Source: an uncultured Gemmatimonadaceae bacterium
GTDB lineage: Bacteria > Gemmatimonadota > Gemmatimonadetes > Gemmatimonadales > Gemmatimonadaceae
NCBI GenBank assembly: GCA_963761305.1
Contig: CAVXGK010000001.1
Coordinates: 992,001-1,056,000, forward strand
Length of the DNA stretch: 64,000 bases
Direction: 5' to 3'
Shown here: piece after piece, positions 9,290 through 18,907 of the stretch
Position numbering within the stretch: the stretch's first letter is position 1
Layout of the letters: each line of letters opens with the position of its first letter
Translations under genes and position numbers: made by a program
The notes under the pieces: model-generated
What the model was told of the DNA's origin: nothing
The model's database searches: none
The model's input: only the letters and a program-made list of their open reading frames with translations

Positions 9290-12200
9290 ATGAGCTCCCG
9301 TCCGCGGGTGCATCAGCGTTTTCTGAAGCCCGCGGTACGACGGGCCGCCGCGTGGGCCGTGCTCATCGCGGTCGCCGCGTGCAGCCTCACGACGGAAGCC
9401 GTCCCCACGACCGACGTCGCGTCCGTCTCGGTCACGCCACCGACGATGACGCTGTCGGTCGGAGGGCAGGTTCCGCTGCAGGCGTTCGTGGAAGATGCGT
9501 TGGGGAAGCCGGTCGCGGGAACCAGCGTGTTCTGGTCCGTTCAGAATCCGACCATCGCCACGGTTTCGAGCACCGGCGTGGTGACCGGCATGGCAGTCGG
9601 ATCCACCGAGGTCTCGGCGAGCGCGAACGGCAAGTCGGGCATCGCGACGATCACCGTGCAGAAGGCACCGGTGGCGAGCGTCGTCGTCACACCGCCCCAC
9701 GTCGACGCCGCGCCGGGCGTGCACACGCCGCTCACCGCGACGGCGTACGACGCGGCGCAGAATGCGTTGACCGACCGCGCATTCACGTGGAGCACGAGCA
9801 ACGCGAGCGTCGCGACGGTCGACGCCAACGGCGTGATGATCGCCGTCGGCCAGGGCAGCGCGACGATCACGGCGACGTCGGAAGGAAAGATCGGCACGGC
9901 GACTGTCACCGTCTCGCAGGCGCCCGTGGCGACGGTGGCGGTGACGCCAAGTCCGCTCTCGATGTCGGTGGGTCAATCGACGCAGCTCACGGCCACGCTC
10001 GAGGACGCGCAAGGCAACGTCTTGAACGGACGTGTGGTGACCTGGTCCACGTCCAACTCCAACGTCGCCCTCGTCTCCTCGCAAGGAATGGTGACGGCCG
10101 TGGCGCAGGGAGCGGCGACGATCACCGCGACGAGTGAAGGCACCAGCGGCACGGCGTCGCTCACCGTCTCGAACGTGGCGGTCGGCTCGGTCACGGTGCA
10201 GCCGCAATCTCCGTCGATCCAGCAAGGGTCGAACGTGCAGCTCAGCGCCACGATTCGCGACGTGAACGGCGTGATCGTCACCGATCGCGTCATCACGTGG
10301 ACGTCGGGCAACGCGGCCGTGGCGACCGTGTCGAGTACCGGCGTCGTGACGGGAACAGGCGCGGGATCGGCGACGATCACCGCGACATGCGAAGGCAAAT
10401 CCGGCAGCTCGACGGTGACCGTGTCGCTGGTCCCCGTCGGAAGTGTGAGCGTGGCGCCGACGCCGGTGACGATTCGCATCAGCGGGACGACGACGCTCAT
10501 CGCCACCGTCAAGGACGTGAACGGCCTCGTCGTCACGAATCGCGGCGTGACCTGGTCGTCGAGCACTCCGGGTGTGGCGACTGTGTCGGCGGCGGGTGAA
10601 GTGACAGGCGTCGCGCTGGGCACGACGACGATCACGGCGACGAGCGAGACGAAGAGCGGCACGGCGTCCGTCACGGTGACCAACATTCCGGTCGGCAGCA
10701 TAACGCTGGCGCCGCTCACGAAGGGCTTGCTCGTCACGCAGACGGTGACGCTCACACCAACGGTCAAGGACAGTACGGGCGCCGTGGTGACCGACCGCCC
10801 GTTGACGTGGGGCTCGAGCGCGACGGGCGTGGCGACTGTATCGTCGGCCGGCGTGGTGACCGCGATCGCGCCGGGCACGGCGACCATCTCCGCGACGGCC
10901 GAAGGAAAAAGCGGGTCGAGCACGATCACCGTGTCGCCGATCCCAGTCGGCATCGTCGTCGTCACGCCGCCGTCTGACAGTCTCGCGGTCAACGGAACCA
11001 TTCAGCTCACGGCGACGACGGAAGATTCGGTCGGCGGGGTGCTCACCGGTCGCGTCGTGACATGGGGATCGAGCAACCCGGCCGCGGCCACTGTTTCGGC
11101 GACCGGACTGGTCACCGCGACAGCGAACGCCGGCGCGACGACGATCACCGCGACGAGCGAAGGCAAGAGCGGCACGTCGGCGATCACCGTGTACGTGCCC
11201 GTGGCGACGGTGACGGTCGCGCCACCGACGGCGACGATCTTCCTGGCGCAGACGCAGGCGTACACCGCGACGACGAAGGATGCGGGCGGGAACGTCCTCA
11301 CCGGACGGAAGGTGACGTGGGCCTCGGGCAATCCGAGCGTCGCCGCGGTGAACAGCACGTCGGGCGTGGCGACGGCGGCCGGACCGGGAACAACCACGAT
11401 CACGGCGACGAGCGAAGGCAAGTCGGGAACGGCGTCGCTCACGGTGCTGGTGCCGGTGGCGAACGTTCTCGTCGCTCCGCCGAGCGACAGCCTCGTGGTC
11501 AACGGAACCATTCAGCTCACGGCGACGCCGGTGGATTCGGTCGGTGGCGTGCTCACCGGTCGGACGGTCACGTGGGGATCGAGCAACCCGGCGGCGGCCA
11601 CGGTCTCGGCGACCGGCTTGGTCACGGCGGGCGCGAACGCCGGCACGACGACGATCACCGCGACGAGCGAAGGCAAGAGCGGCACCTCGGCGATCACGGT
11701 CTACGTTCCGGTGGCGACGGTCACGGTCACACCGACGCCAGTGAACCTGTTCGTGACGCAGACGCAGCAGTTCACCGCGACGACGAAGGACGCGGGCGGG
11801 AACGTCCTCACCGGCCGCAAGGTGACGTGGGGCTCGAGCAGTCCGCTCGTCGCGAGCGTGAGCACGTCGGGGCTCGCGACGGCGCTGCTCGTCGGGACGA
11901 CGACGATCACCGCGACGAGCGAAGGCAAGTCGGGCACTGCGACGCTGAACGTGGCGCTCGTGCCAGTGGCTACCGTGCACGTCAATCCGACGACGGACAG
12001 CCTGGTGGTCAACGGAACCATTCAGCTCACCGCGACGACGCTGGATTCGGTCGGCGGCACGCTTACCGGTCGCACGATCACGTGGGGATCGAGCAACCCG
12101 GCGGCAGCCACGGTCTCGGCGACAGGCCTCGTCACGGCCGGTGCGAACCCCGGCACGACGACGATCACGGCGACGAGCGAAGGCAAGAGCGGGACGTCGG

Positions 12201-13777
12201 CGATCACGGTGTACATCCCTGTCGCTTCGGTGACGGTCGCGCCGCCATCGGCGACCATTCTTCCGACACAGACACAGACGTTCACGGCGACAACGAAGGA
12301 CGTTGGCGGGAACGTCCTCACGGGCCGGCTCGTGACTTGGGGCTCGAGTGTTCCAGGTGTCGCGACGGTGAACTCGTCGGGAGTCGCGACGGCGGTCGGT
12401 CAGGGAACGACGACCATCACGGCGTCGAGCGAGGGCAAATCAGGAACGGCGTCGCTGACCGTGCTCGTACCGGTGGCGAACGTTCTCGTCTCTCCGACGA
12501 GTGATAGCCTCGTCGTCAACGGCAGCATTCAGCTGACGGCGACGCCGGTGGACGCGGGCAACAATCCGCTGGCCGGACGCACCGTGACGTGGGGCTCGAG
12601 CAACCCGGCCGCGGCCACGGTCTCGGCGACGGGCGTCGTCACCGCGACGGGAAACCCCGGCACGACGACCATCACCGCGACGAGTGAGGGCAAGAGCGGG
12701 ACGTCGGTGATCACCGTGTATGTCCCCGTCGCATCCGTGACCGTCGCGCCGCCCACGTCGAGCGTGACGGTCGGGAACACGACGACTCTCACGGCGACGA
12801 CGCTGGATGCGTCGAGCAACCCACTCACGGGACGGCTGATCACGTGGAACTCGCTGAACCCGACCGTGGCGACTGTTTCACCGACCGGGCTCGTCACCGT
12901 CGTGGGCCGAGGGACGGCGACGATCACGGCGACGAGCGAGGGCAAGTCGGGATCGGCGACGGTCACCGGCACCGCGGCGAGCGTGACGGTTGCTCCGGCG
13001 CCAACGACAACTTTCGTCACCGGCACCGTGACGTTGACGGCGACGGCGCTCGACGCTCACGGCGTGGCGCTTCCAGGTGTTCCAGCAACGGCGTTCGCCT
13101 GGTCGTCGGATGGTCCCGGATTCGCGACGGTGTCGACGAGCGGCGTCGTGACTGGCGTGGCGCTCGGCAGCGCGAACATCAGCGCGCAGATCGACGGCAA
13201 ATCCGGCGCGTCGACAGTGACGGTTCTCGCACCGCCGGTTGCGAGCGTGACCATCTCACCCCACGGCGCGACGATCTTCACAGGCGGCTCCGTTCCACTC
13301 ACCGCCGTGGTGAAAGACGTCAACGGGACCGACGTCACCGCCGGTCACCCTCCGGTGTGGTCGTCGACGGTTCCATCGGTCGCCTCGGTGACGGCGGCCG
13401 GCGTCGTGTTTGCGGCCGGACCGGGAACGACACAGATCACCGCCACGACTGACGGAAAGAGTGACACAGTGACCGTCACGGTTCTTGCGACCGTGGCAAG
13501 CATCACGATCACGCCGGCCGGCGACGTTACCATCGGTACGCCTGTGACACTCACGGCGAACTTGTTCGACGCGGCGCACAATCCGATCACCGGCCGATCC
13601 GTGACGTGGTCGATCAGCGTTGGCAGTACAATTGCGACGCTCACGCCGAGTGGGAACACCGCGCAAATCGCCGGCATTCTCGCGCAGACGGGGGTGACCA
13701 TCACGGCTTCATTGGTACCGCTCACCGGCGAGACCCCGCCGCCGCCCGGAACCCTCTCAGTCAACATCGTACCGTAG
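9290..13777 (+). CDS. Lipoprotein of about 17 tandem Big_2 Ig-like domains
   Basis: Starts 1 nt after the previous stop; lipobox AVAAC; about 17 Big_2 units counted by eye. Confidence 0.9.
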   Translation: MSSRPRVHQRFLKPAVRRAAAWAVLIAVAACSLTTEAVPTTDVASVSVTPPTMTLSVGGQVPLQAFVEDALGKPVAGTSVFWSVQNPTIATVSSTGVVTGMAVGSTEVSASANGKSGIATITVQKAPVASVVVTPPHVDAAPGVHTPLTATAYDAAQNALTDRAFTWSTSNASVATVDANGVMIAVGQGSATITATSEGKIGTATVTVSQAPVATVAVTPSPLSMSVGQSTQLTATLEDAQGNVLNGRVVTWSTSNSNVALVSSQGMVTAVAQGAATITATSEGTSGTASLTVSNVAVGSVTVQPQSPSIQQGSNVQLSATIRDVNGVIVTDRVITWTSGNAAVATVSSTGVVTGTGAGSATITATCEGKSGSSTVTVSLVPVGSVSVAPTPVTIRISGTTTLIATVKDVNGLVVTNRGVTWSSSTPGVATVSAAGEVTGVALGTTTITATSETKSGTASVTVTNIPVGSITLAPLTKGLLVTQTVTLTPTVKDSTGAVVTDRPLTWGSSATGVATVSSAGVVTAIAPGTATISATAEGKSGSSTITVSPIPVGIVVVTPPSDSLAVNGTIQLTATTEDSVGGVLTGRVVTWGSSNPAAATVSATGLVTATANAGATTITATSEGKSGTSAITVYVPVATVTVAPPTATIFLAQTQAYTATTKDAGGNVLTGRKVTWASGNPSVAAVNSTSGVATAAGPGTTTITATSEGKSGTASLTVLVPVANVLVAPPSDSLVVNGTIQLTATPVDSVGGVLTGRTVTWGSSNPAAATVSATGLVTAGANAGTTTITATSEGKSGTSAITVYVPVATVTVTPTPVNLFVTQTQQFTATTKDAGGNVLTGRKVTWGSSSPLVASVSTSGLATALLVGTTTITATSEGKSGTATLNVALVPVATVHVNPTTDSLVVNGTIQLTATTLDSVGGTLTGRTITWGSSNPAAATVSATGLVTAGANPGTTTITATSEGKSGTSAITVYIPVASVTVAPPSATILPTQTQTFTATTKDVGGNVLTGRLVTWGSSVPGVATVNSSGVATAVGQGTTTITASSEGKSGTASLTVLVPVANVLVSPTSDSLVVNGSIQLTATPVDAGNNPLAGRTVTWGSSNPAAATVSATGVVTATGNPGTTTITATSEGKSGTSVITVYVPVASVTVAPPTSSVTVGNTTTLTATTLDASSNPLTGRLITWNSLNPTVATVSPTGLVTVVGRGTATITATSEGKSGSATVTGTAASVTVAPAPTTTFVTGTVTLTATALDAHGVALPGVPATAFAWSSDGPGFATVSTSGVVTGVALGSANISAQIDGKSGASTVTVLAPPVASVTISPHGATIFTGGSVPLTAVVKDVNGTDVTAGHPPVWSSTVPSVASVTAAGVVFAAGPGTTQITATTDGKSDTVTVTVLATVASITITPAGDVTIGTPVTLTANLFDAAHNPITGRSVTWSISVGSTIATLTPSGNTAQIAGILAQTGVTITASLVPLTGETPPPPGTLSVNIVP
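10945..12725 (+). repeat. Intragenic tandem repeat of a ~510-bp two-domain unit (about 3.5 copies)
   Basis: AACGGAACCATTCAGCTCAC recurs at 10991, 11501 and 12011, with a variant at 12518; the protein alternates two domain types A-B-A-B-A-B-A. Confidence 0.85.
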
Positions 13778-13782
13778 CTGTC

Positions 13783-14877
13783 ATGAGTATTCGATCATTG
13801 GCCGCGCTCGGCGCGACGCTCGTTCCTCTCGCCATCCAGGCGCAGGCGCCGATTCCCAAGGAGCCGCTCAAGCAGCGGCCCGTCGTCGTGCGAATGCGCT
13901 CCGCGTGCAGCGGTGCCGTCGCCCAAACGTCATCGCCGACGGACGCTCAGCGTCGCGAAGCTCGCGACATGGCGCAGGCGGCGCGACAGTCGGCGATCCT
14001 CGGCGACACGGCCGCTGCGCTCAGCCAATTGCGCGGCGCGGCAGGCCTCGATCCCACCGACGCGAATCTCGCCTTCGAGCTGGCGCGCGCATACGAGAGC
14101 GCGGGCGCTCTCGCGAACGCCGCGTCGGAGTACTGCCGATTTCTGTCGCTTGCGCCGAACGCTTCCGAAGCATCCGAGGTCCGCACGCACGTCGCCGCGA
14201 TCGCGCCGCCCAAGCCCGACACGATCGTCACCGTCGAAGGGAACGCGTTCAAACGCGGCGTCGACGCGTACGGCAAGGACCAGCTCCCCGAAGCCGAGGC
14301 GTCGTTCGGCACGGTGATCAAGATCGATTCCACCTCGGCCGACGCGTTTTACGATCGCGCGGTCGTCCGCGCGGCACAGGAGCGGCGCGGCGACGCTGCC
14401 GACGACTTCGAACACTATTTGCGGATTCGCCCGGAAGCGGCCGACCGTGCCGGCGTCGTGGCGCGCATCAACGAGTTGCGCGCCGTGGGCCTCTCGGCCT
14501 CGGAAGCGTTCGGACTCGGCGTCGTCCTTCCGGGCGGCGGCCAGTTCTACACCCGGCGCCCGATCCGCGGAATGCTGTCGCTGATCGCGGTAGGCGGAGC
14601 GGCGGGGATCGCGCTGGTGTCCAAGACGACGACGACGACGAAGACACTGTCGGCCACAGACCCGTTCGGCAACCGCTACAACTACACGGTTCCCGTGCCG
14701 AACAAGTCGCGACCATACCTCATCCCGGGCCTGGCCGCCGCCGGCGGCATCGCGTTGGCCAGTGCGATCGACGCGGCCCTCTACGCGCACAACGTGCGTG
14801 CGGGCACCGGCTTGTCCGTCTCGCTCGTGCCGAGTGCCGGCGGCGTCGGCGTGTTCGCGTCGCTCAGGGTTCCCTGA
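13783..14877 (+). CDS. Exported TPR-repeat protein with C-terminal membrane segments
   Basis: ATG 13783 with signal peptide ending AIQAQA; TPR-like helices (LDPTDANLAFELARAYE, IDSTSADAFYDRAVV, YLRIRPEA); LPGGGQFY motif, two hydrophobic helices and an amphipathic strand-like C-terminus. Confidence 0.75.
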   Translation: MSIRSLAALGATLVPLAIQAQAPIPKEPLKQRPVVVRMRSACSGAVAQTSSPTDAQRREARDMAQAARQSAILGDTAAALSQLRGAAGLDPTDANLAFELARAYESAGALANAASEYCRFLSLAPNASEASEVRTHVAAIAPPKPDTIVTVEGNAFKRGVDAYGKDQLPEAEASFGTVIKIDSTSADAFYDRAVVRAAQERRGDAADDFEHYLRIRPEAADRAGVVARINELRAVGLSASEAFGLGVVLPGGGQFYTRRPIRGMLSLIAVGGAAGIALVSKTTTTTKTLSATDPFGNRYNYTVPVPNKSRPYLIPGLAAAGGIALASAIDAALYAHNVRAGTGLSVSLVPSAGGVGVFASLRVP

Positions 14878-14990
14878 CGCGCGTCCCGCGGCGGTCTCGT
14901 CAGTTAGGCGATCGCGTGGAGCGAATCGTCAACGACGACGAGGGATCGCCGTAAACTGGATCAGCTCTTGCGGAGGGGTCTTCTCCTTCT

Positions 14991-17660
14991 GTGAGGGAGA
15001 AGAGCTTGCCTCGGGCGCGGCGCGGAATGGTTTGGATCGCGGCGACGATCGTGGCGGCGTGCAGCGCGGCAACGGACGTCGCGACTACGGCCAACGTCGC
15101 GACCGTGTCGATCGCGCCGCCGTCGACCACTGTGTCGATCGGCTCGCAGATTCCGCTTCAGGCGCTCGTCCAGGATCCCGGCGGGAAGACGATCCCCGCG
15201 ACGGACGTTTTCTGGTCCATCCAGGACTCCAGCATCGCGACGATCTCCAGTACCGGGGTCGTAACCGCGGTCGCACTCGGATCGACGCAGGTCGCGGCGA
15301 GTGTGAATGGCAAGTCGGGAATCGCCACGATCACCGTCGAGAAGACCCCGGTGGCAAGTGTGGTCGTCGCGCCCCCGCACGTGGATGCCGCGCCGGGCGC
15401 GCACACGCAGCTCGCGGCTGTCACGTATGACGCCGCGCAGAGTCCGCTCCCCGGCCGCGCCGTCACGTGGAGCACCAGCAACGCCGCCGTCGCCACGGTC
15501 GATGCGAATGGCATGGTGTCCGCCTTGAGTCCGGGCACCGCGACGATCACCGCCATGTCGGAGACCAAGACCGGTCTCGCGATCATTACGGTCTCGCAAG
15601 CCGCCGTCGCGAACGTGGCGGTGACGCCGAGTCCGCTGTCGATGTCGGTCGGCCAGACGACGCAGTTGACGGCCACGCTCAAGGACACCGTGGGCAACGT
15701 GCTGAATGCACGCGTGGTCGTGTGGTCCAGCGCCAACCCCGCGGTGGCCACGGTTTCATCGCAAGGCGTGTTGACGGCGATCTCGACCGGTCGTGCGACG
15801 ATCACCGCCACGAGCGAAGGCCGGAGCGGTACCGCCGACGTCACGATCACGAACGTGCCCGTCGGCTCGGTGACGATTCAGCCACAGGCACCATCGGTCG
15901 TGATCGGAACGAACGTGCAACTCAGCACGATCGTTCGCGACGCGAATGGCGACATCGTCACCGATCGCGTGGTGACGTGGGCGTCGAGCAATCCTGCGTC
16001 GGCGACGGTGTCGACGTCCGGCGTCGTGACGGGTGTTTCCGTTGGCAGCGCCACCATCACGGCGACGAGCGAAGGAAAATCCGCGACGACCATCGCCACG
16101 GTCATTCCGGTGCCGATCGGCAGCGTCACCGTCTCGCCGGCGACGGCGAGCACGCACATCGGATCGACGACGACTCTCACGGCCACCGTCAAAGATCAAA
16201 ACGGGACGGTGGTGACGAATCACATAGTCACCTGGACATCGAGTAACCCAGCCGTCGCCACGGTCGCGGGCGGTGTCGTCACCGGCGTCGCGCTCGGCAC
16301 CGCGACGATCACCGCGACGAGCGACGGAAGAAGCGGGACGGCGTCGGTGACCGTAGCGGGATTGCCCGTCGGCAGCGTGACCGTCGCACCGGCGAGCAAG
16401 GCGATGCTCGTCGCGCAGAATTTCGCGCTGTCCGTGACCGTGAAAGATTCAATCGGCGGCGTCGTCACCGATCGGCCTGTGTCGTGGAGCTCGAGCAATG
16501 CGAGCGTCGCGACCGTGTCGGCGTCGGGCGTCGTGACGGCCGTTGCCCCTGGCTCGGCGACGATCACCGCCACGAGCGAGACGAAGAGCGGCACCAGCGC
16601 GATCACAGTGTCGCCGGTGCCGGTGAGCTTCGTCGTCGTTCAACCGCCGCGCGATACGATGTTCGCCAGCACGACGTTCCAATTGACGGCGCAGACACAG
16701 GATTCCGTTCACGGTGTTCTCACCGGCAGAACCGTGACCTGGACGACGAACAACGCGTCGGTCGCCACCGTGTCGTCGACAGGAGTCGTCACCGCGACGT
16801 CCACCGGCGGCAACGCCACGATCACGGCCACCAGCGAGGGAAAGAGCGGCACGTCGGCGATCACCGTAGTCGTTCCGATCGCGACGGTCGCTGTCACGCC
16901 GGCGACCAAGAGCATCCTCGCCGGGGACACCGCGCCGTTCGCGGCGACGGTCAAGGACGCGCTGGGCAACGTTCTCAACGGCCGCGTCCTGCTCTGGAGC
17001 TCGAGCAACCCCGGTGTCGCCACCGTCTCGCCGACCGGAACAGCGACTGGCACCGGCGTCGGCGTCACGACCATCACCGCCACGGCGCCGCTCGAGGGGA
17101 AATCGGGCAGCGCGACGCTGACCGTCAACGCCGCTTCAGTCAGCGTGACGCCGTCACCGGACTCCGCGTACATCGGGCAGACGGCGACGCTGACTGCGAC
17201 GGCCAAAGACAAGAACGGGAATCCGGTGCCGGCGCAGGGCTTCAGCTGGAGTTCGACCAACTCTGGCGTCGCCACCGTGTCGCAAGCGGGGCTGGTGACC
17301 GCTGTAGCCGCGGGCTCGGCGAACATCGTCGCCACGCTCACCGGTCAATCCGGCCAAGCCACCTTCAAGGTCCTCGCGCCGGTGGCAACCGTCACCGTGT
17401 CTCCGTCGAATCCACCGGCGATCGCGACCGGCAAGAACGTGGCGCTGCAAGCGGCGCTCAAGGATGCGTCGAACGCCCCTATTGGCCCGGGTCGCGTGGT
17501 CACGTGGTCGACCAACGACACCAGCGGCATCGTCACCATCACACCGACGGCGGGGACCTACAACGCGACGGTGAGAGGCAACAAGGTTGGTACCGTCACC
17601 ATCACGGCGACCAGCGAGGGCAGGACGGGAACGGCGACCGTTACCGTGACGAAGAACTGA
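14991..17660 (+). CDS. Lipoprotein of about 10 tandem Big_2 Ig-like domains
   Basis: GTG start after GGAGGGG; lipobox IVAAC; about 10 Big_2 units, the first ones colinear with the two upstream paralogs. Confidence 0.88.
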   Translation: MREKSLPRARRGMVWIAATIVAACSAATDVATTANVATVSIAPPSTTVSIGSQIPLQALVQDPGGKTIPATDVFWSIQDSSIATISSTGVVTAVALGSTQVAASVNGKSGIATITVEKTPVASVVVAPPHVDAAPGAHTQLAAVTYDAAQSPLPGRAVTWSTSNAAVATVDANGMVSALSPGTATITAMSETKTGLAIITVSQAAVANVAVTPSPLSMSVGQTTQLTATLKDTVGNVLNARVVVWSSANPAVATVSSQGVLTAISTGRATITATSEGRSGTADVTITNVPVGSVTIQPQAPSVVIGTNVQLSTIVRDANGDIVTDRVVTWASSNPASATVSTSGVVTGVSVGSATITATSEGKSATTIATVIPVPIGSVTVSPATASTHIGSTTTLTATVKDQNGTVVTNHIVTWTSSNPAVATVAGGVVTGVALGTATITATSDGRSGTASVTVAGLPVGSVTVAPASKAMLVAQNFALSVTVKDSIGGVVTDRPVSWSSSNASVATVSASGVVTAVAPGSATITATSETKSGTSAITVSPVPVSFVVVQPPRDTMFASTTFQLTAQTQDSVHGVLTGRTVTWTTNNASVATVSSTGVVTATSTGGNATITATSEGKSGTSAITVVVPIATVAVTPATKSILAGDTAPFAATVKDALGNVLNGRVLLWSSSNPGVATVSPTGTATGTGVGVTTITATAPLEGKSGSATLTVNAASVSVTPSPDSAYIGQTATLTATAKDKNGNPVPAQGFSWSSTNSGVATVSQAGLVTAVAAGSANIVATLTGQSGQATFKVLAPVATVTVSPSNPPAIATGKNVALQAALKDASNAPIGPGRVVTWSTNDTSGIVTITPTAGTYNATVRGNKVGTVTITATSEGRTGTATVTVTKN

Positions 17661-17677
17661 GGCCGTGCGAGCAATTA

Positions 17678-17696
17678 CGAAGCGGACGGCGCTTCG
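17678..17696. terminator. Possible hairpin between convergent genes
   Basis: CGAAGCG-gacgg-CGCTTCG, a perfect 7-bp stem; no U-tract, so a weak call. Confidence 0.3.
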
Positions 17697-17704
17697 CTCG
17701 GCGC

Positions 17705-18826
17705 TCAGGGGCGGACGTCGGGATGGAGCGTGAGGCGCTGCACGCGCCAGTTGAGCAGCTCGGCGACGTACAGCTCGTTCTCCGACGGACACGCGATCTC
17801 GTGAATCCATCCGAATTGCTTCGGCGCCTTCCCCGCTTCGCCGAGCACGCCGAGGACCTTGCCGTCGAGTGAGAGTTTGTAGATACGGCCAGGCACGGCG
17901 TCGGCGCTATAGAGCACCTGATTCGGACCCGGCGTGATGCAGATCGCCCATGGCGCACCCGACACGGCGAGCGGATTCGAGTTCGGCGACGGCATGGCGC
18001 CCAACATTACGTTGGGCGTTTTATCGAACGGCACATCGATCGTGAATTGGCGCTGGAAGTTGCCGTCCGAGTCGAACACCTGGATGCGGCGGTTCGTGCG
18101 GTCGGCGACGTACACGTTGCCGTGGTCGTCGCTGGCGATGGAATGCAGGACGTTGAACTGTCCCTGCCCCGACCCGCGCTCGCCCCACGTTTTCACCCAG
18201 CGTCCGTCCTTGTCGATTTTCACGACGCGCGAGTTGTTGTAGCCGTCGGCGACGAAGATGTCGCCGGCCGCGTCCCAGGTGACGTCGGTCGGACGGTTGA
18301 ACGTTCCCCACCCCGGGCGCGGGATCGCGCCGGGGGCGGTCTCCGTCGGCGCCTCGACGGCTTCGGCGCGGCGGCCGAGCACCATGAGCACGCGTCCCGC
18401 CGGGTTGAACTCCATGATCATGTTCGAGCCTTCGTCGGTCGCCCAGAGGTTGCCGCTCTTGTCGATGCGGACCGTATGGGCGAACGCGAATCCGTAGAGA
18501 TCCTTGCCGATCTCCCGGATGAACGCGCCGTCGGGACCGAACTCGAACAGTTGCGACGCGGCCTCGCCGCGCAGTGTGCTCCGACTCCCGGTGCGCGAGA
18601 AGACGTAGAGGTGCTTGCGCGCATCCATCGTCACGCCGGCGACTTCACCGAGGTAGAAATTCGGCGGCAGCTTGAGAAAATCGGTGCTGGCGTCGAAGCG
18701 GATTTCGGGAACGGGCTGCTGGGAGTTGGCGACGTTCGGCATCGCGTCGAGACCGGACAGCACGCTCAGCGCGGCGGCGGACCGCAGAGTCATCGAGAGG
18801 GATAGGGGGCGCATGGGAGCTATCAT
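17705..18826 (-). CDS. NHL-repeat beta-propeller, peptidyl-alpha-hydroxyglycine alpha-amidating lyase (PAL)-like, exported
   Basis: FAHTVRID..NLWATD, FNRPTDV..GDIFVADGYNNSRVVK and FNVLHSIA..NVYVADRTNRRIQVFD; N-terminal signal-like region. Start uncertain (18826/18814/18793). Confidence 0.8.
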   Translation of the reverse strand: MIAPMRPLSLSMTLRSAAALSVLSGLDAMPNVANSQQPVPEIRFDASTDFLKLPPNFYLGEVAGVTMDARKHLYVFSRTGSRSTLRGEAASQLFEFGPDGAFIREIGKDLYGFAFAHTVRIDKSGNLWATDEGSNMIMEFNPAGRVLMVLGRRAEAVEAPTETAPGAIPRPGWGTFNRPTDVTWDAAGDIFVADGYNNSRVVKIDKDGRWVKTWGERGSGQGQFNVLHSIASDDHGNVYVADRTNRRIQVFDSDGNFQRQFTIDVPFDKTPNVMLGAMPSPNSNPLAVSGAPWAICITPGPNQVLYSADAVPGRIYKLSLDGKVLGVLGEAGKAPKQFGWIHEIACPSENELYVAELLNWRVQRLTLHPDVRP

Positions 18827-18907
18827 GCGGGCATCCGTACTTGCCGGTCAAGCGAGGTAGTTCTTCCTCCCTCCCCAAGAACAACGAAACGGAGACAACA
18901 GCCCCTC

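Noticed and set aside
7342..17660. Diversity-generating retroelement or CRISPR-like explanation for the repeated sequence
   Set aside because: The repeats are in-frame protein domains, mismatches are not adenine-specific, and there is no reverse transcriptase, cas gene or repeat-spacer structure.
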